Assembly (NCBI GenBank): GCA_965240325.2
Contig: OZ251222.1
Coordinates: forward strand, 3,224,001-3,288,000
DNA: 64,000 bases
Reading direction: 5' to 3'
Source: Rebecca billardiae RCC1528
Lineage: Eukaryota; Protista; Haptophyta
The notes under the pieces are model-generated. The model ran no database searches, was not told the origin of the DNA, and was given only the letters and a program-made list of their open reading frames with translations. The translations under genes were made by a program, and so were the position numbers. Shown here in pieces: positions 59,740-64,000 of this stretch (positions are counted from its first letter, which is position 1; each line of letters opens with the position of its first letter).

Positions 59740-61533
59740 ATGGCGCTCGCGCGGCGCGAGTCCGTCGAGGCCTCGTGGTTCTTGGTGGACGGTGCGAACG
59801 TTCAGCGTGGGCCGCTCTTCGGCGCAGATGTGGCAGCCATGCTAGCCGTGGGCGAGCTCGACGAAGCTGCCACGCTCGTGTGGCGGCCGGGCATGCACGA
59901 CTGGGCGGCGCTGTCGGCCGTACGTGCGCAGCTGCGGCTGCAGGTGCCCGCGCCCGAGCCGGGCGAGGCGCAGCCGGCGCCGCCACCGCTGCGATTCGAC
60001 GGAGTTGGTCGACTACGGTGCGGTGCAACCATCCGCCCTGCCACCGCCGGCGGCGGGAAGGCCCGCACCGTCGTGCGCGGGGCGCCGCACTCGCGCGCGG
60101 GAGTGGCAGCGCCGCCACCTGTCTCGGTGTCAATGCCGAGCACGCCGCGCGCGCGCGATGGCGCGCAGGGCGCGCAGCTGGAGGTGAGCGCCGCTGGCTC
60201 GCCGGGGCTGAGTGCGCTCCTCTCCCCTCTGCGGCAGGCCTGCGGCCGCTTCCGCGCCGCCGATGTCGGCGGCACGGCACCTGGCAATGGCCACGGTGCC
60301 GCGGTGGCCTCTCGGCTCGCAGAGACGTGCGCGTCGCAGCGCGCGGCCGGTGCGGCGCCCGATGCGGCTCCCGGCGCGGTGGGCTGGCTCGGCAGGCTCG
60401 TGCAGTGGCCGTTCGGTGGCAGGGCCTCCGCCGAATCACCGCGCTCGAGCCCGGCCTCCGCGCCCCCGAGCAATCCGCGCGCCGCCGCATCGAGCGTCGC
60501 GGCGAGCGCGGCTGCGGCCTCGCGCTGCTTTGGGGTCGACCTCGATGAGCTGGTGCGGCGGGAGGGCGGGGCTTCGGCGCTGCCGCGCGTATTCACCGAG
60601 CTGTCGGATCGGCTGAGCGCGCCTCCCTTCGTGCACACCATGGGCCTGTTCCGCGTCTCGGCCGAGCACGCGCGCGTGCGCGACGCGCGCGCGGCGCTCG
60701 ACGCGGGCGCTGCGCTGAGCTCGCAGCTCGCCGGGTCGGTCGCGGAGGAGGCGCACGTGGCGGCGGCGCTGCTCAAGCTCTTCCTGCGCGAGCTGCCCGA
60801 GCCCGTGTGCCCGCGCGCGCTGTACGCCGACTTCCTCACGGCGGGTGCCGCCCTCGGTGCAGGCGGCGACGCGGGCGACGTCCTCCGCCCGCTGCTCCGC
60901 CAGCTCCCTGCGGCGCACGCGGCGGTGCTGCGCGCGCTGTGCGCACTGCTGCGCACGGTCACGGCTGAGGCGGCGCGCAACCGCATGACGGCGCGCGCGC
61001 TCGCGAACGTCTTCGCCCCGACCGTCTTCCAGCCGCCACGCGGCGCGCCGGGCGCCGCCGAGAACCCGCTCGCCGCACTGAGCGACGTGGTGCACACGGC
61101 GCAAGTGATGTGCGCGCTGCTCGACGCCTCGGACGAGCTGCTGCCACCGGCCAGCCGGAACGATGGCGGCGCTGAGGCGGCTGTGGACGAGGACGGAGGG
61201 AGTCAGGGCGAGGGGGACTTTGTCGACTGCGACGAGGGCGTGGGCGAGGCGCCGCCGACGGCGGAGGGGGCACCCGTGGCGGCGCACGACTCGGCCGACG
61301 GCAAAGCCTGCCTTGCCGCACCGCCGCTCGCGGCAAGCCCGCCGGTTGTCGCGGACCCCGCGGCCAGCGACGCAGCACTCAACGACAGCAGTTCCAGTGT
61401 TGCGCGCCCTGGGGCTGCGCACGAGGAGGGACCTGCGCCGAACCGTCCCGCGGCTGCTGACGCTACTGCTTCGCCGACAGTGGTGCACGCCGGTCGCGAT
61501 GGCAGCCGACCAAGTACGCCGCCGACATCATGA
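59740..61533 (+). CDS. RhoGAP-domain protein with N-terminal GYF_2 (DUF4339) domain (597 aa)
   Basis: WF..QRGP..L..GEL...TLVWRPGMHDW (GYF_2). FGVDL, GLFRVSA (arginine finger), LLKLFLRELPEPV and NRMTARALANVFAPT (RhoGAP). Confidence 0.9.
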   Translation: MALARRESVEASWFLVDGANVQRGPLFGADVAAMLAVGELDEAATLVWRPGMHDWAALSAVRAQLRLQVPAPEPGEAQPAPPPLRFDGVGRLRCGATIRPATAGGGKARTVVRGAPHSRAGVAAPPPVSVSMPSTPRARDGAQGAQLEVSAAGSPGLSALLSPLRQACGRFRAADVGGTAPGNGHGAAVASRLAETCASQRAAGAAPDAAPGAVGWLGRLVQWPFGGRASAESPRSSPASAPPSNPRAAASSVAASAAAASRCFGVDLDELVRREGGASALPRVFTELSDRLSAPPFVHTMGLFRVSAEHARVRDARAALDAGAALSSQLAGSVAEEAHVAAALLKLFLRELPEPVCPRALYADFLTAGAALGAGGDAGDVLRPLLRQLPAAHAAVLRALCALLRTVTAEAARNRMTARALANVFAPTVFQPPRGAPGAAENPLAALSDVVHTAQVMCALLDASDELLPPASRNDGGAEAAVDEDGGSQGEGDFVDCDEGVGEAPPTAEGAPVAAHDSADGKACLAAPPLAASPPVVADPAASDAALNDSSSSVARPGAAHEEGPAPNRPAAADATASPTVVHAGRDGSRPSTPPTS

Positions 61534-61900
61534 TTAGACGCTGCTGATGCACTGGAATGCAGCGGCCGCCAGCGCGGCCCGCGGGACTCGGCGTGCGGGG
61601 ACTGGAGGGAGGTGCCGACTGTCAGCGTCACTTGACACCCATGTAAGGTCGTCCATATTATTTATTTATTCAGCAGATCTCTGATCCGACGCCATCAATA
61701 TGGCGCCCGATCATTATGGCATTAATCGCGATATCGGATATAATGATTATAATATGATATAATTGATATCGTTTCGCGAATTTAAACGTAAAACGGTTAC
61801 TCGCGCGTCAGTAGTATAATAATTAAACTACTCGCGGCGTGTGATTGAGTGGCGGTAGCTAACTAATAATTATTGTGGCGGACGGCGACGTCATCACTAA

Positions 61901-63568
<1,668 letters not shown>

Positions 63569-63572
63569 ATAA

Positions 63573-63616
<44 letters not shown>

Positions 63617-63661
63617 TGATGAGTCCGAAGTAACTGTATTATATATATATATATATATATA
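63569..63661. repeat. (TAAA)n-(TA)n tail and interrupted TA microsatellite
   Basis: Direct reading. Confidence 0.9.
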
Positions 63662-64000
63662 ACAGTCAAGTGAGTGATGAGGACTGAGGAGTCCGGTCGG
63701 ACTCGGACCCGCCCTAGCCTAATTTAGTATTCGTGATGATGATCATCATCTCATAGTTACGTGATCGTGATGCATCGTCCGACGACTAGGCCGTGACGAC
63801 AGCGCTTATTGCGCTGAAATATCGTCGCCGTGTACGACTGTGCGCGTAGCCGTAGGCCGCCGGTCACCGACACCGCTGCGGCCATGTCACAGATGAGATA
63901 ATAGACGAGATGTCGTCTATCGATTCGTCATCAGCCTGCGCCCACTGGCTTGCCGTACAGGTCCTTGGTCTTGGTCAGCGTGTTAACCTAAGGTGCACGA

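Noticed and set aside
63617-63640. Hammerhead ribozyme core (CTGATGAGTCCGAAG)
   Set aside because: No closing stem II or GAAA. Other CTGATGAG occurrences (near 37, 12579, 52068, 58075) also lack the rest of the core.

Overview
Very GC-rich, compact eukaryotic nuclear DNA with short (GC)n-rich spliceosomal introns, including at least one GC-AG intron. Composition, intron style and a CFAP58 gene suggest a flagellated alga, most likely a haptophyte such as Pavlovales (inference only). Recognisable genes: a signal-peptide RCC1-repeat protein, CFAP58, tRNA-Thr(UGU), a coiled-coil protein ending in a SCAB-like Ig-PH module, SURF4/Erv29, an EGF + VMO-I-like secreted protein, and a GYF_2-RhoGAP. The centre (22.8-42.1 kb, minus strand) is one gene for a ~6,030-aa type I membrane protein. 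It has six near-identical 1,844-bp LRR + extensin-like modules, each carrying its own 158-bp intron, followed by 52 GCTD..NYD..DDGSC repeats. The right third holds a (TA)n-microsatellite-associated set of mobile elements: (1) an intact CRE-clade-like non-LTR retrotransposon with an atypical GHDD RT motif; (2) an identical 5'-truncated copy of it upstream of CFAP58; (3) a 1.3-kb highly structured non-autonomous element sharing the LINE's 3' terminus; (4) two abutting TIR elements with unrelated TIRs but an identical 64-bp internal hairpin box. Also present: a 2.3-kb fold-back (1-kb arms), a 38-bp P-element-like footprint with 7-bp TSD, and a dispersed ~50-bp motif. All family assignments come from motif recognition by eye, not database searches.
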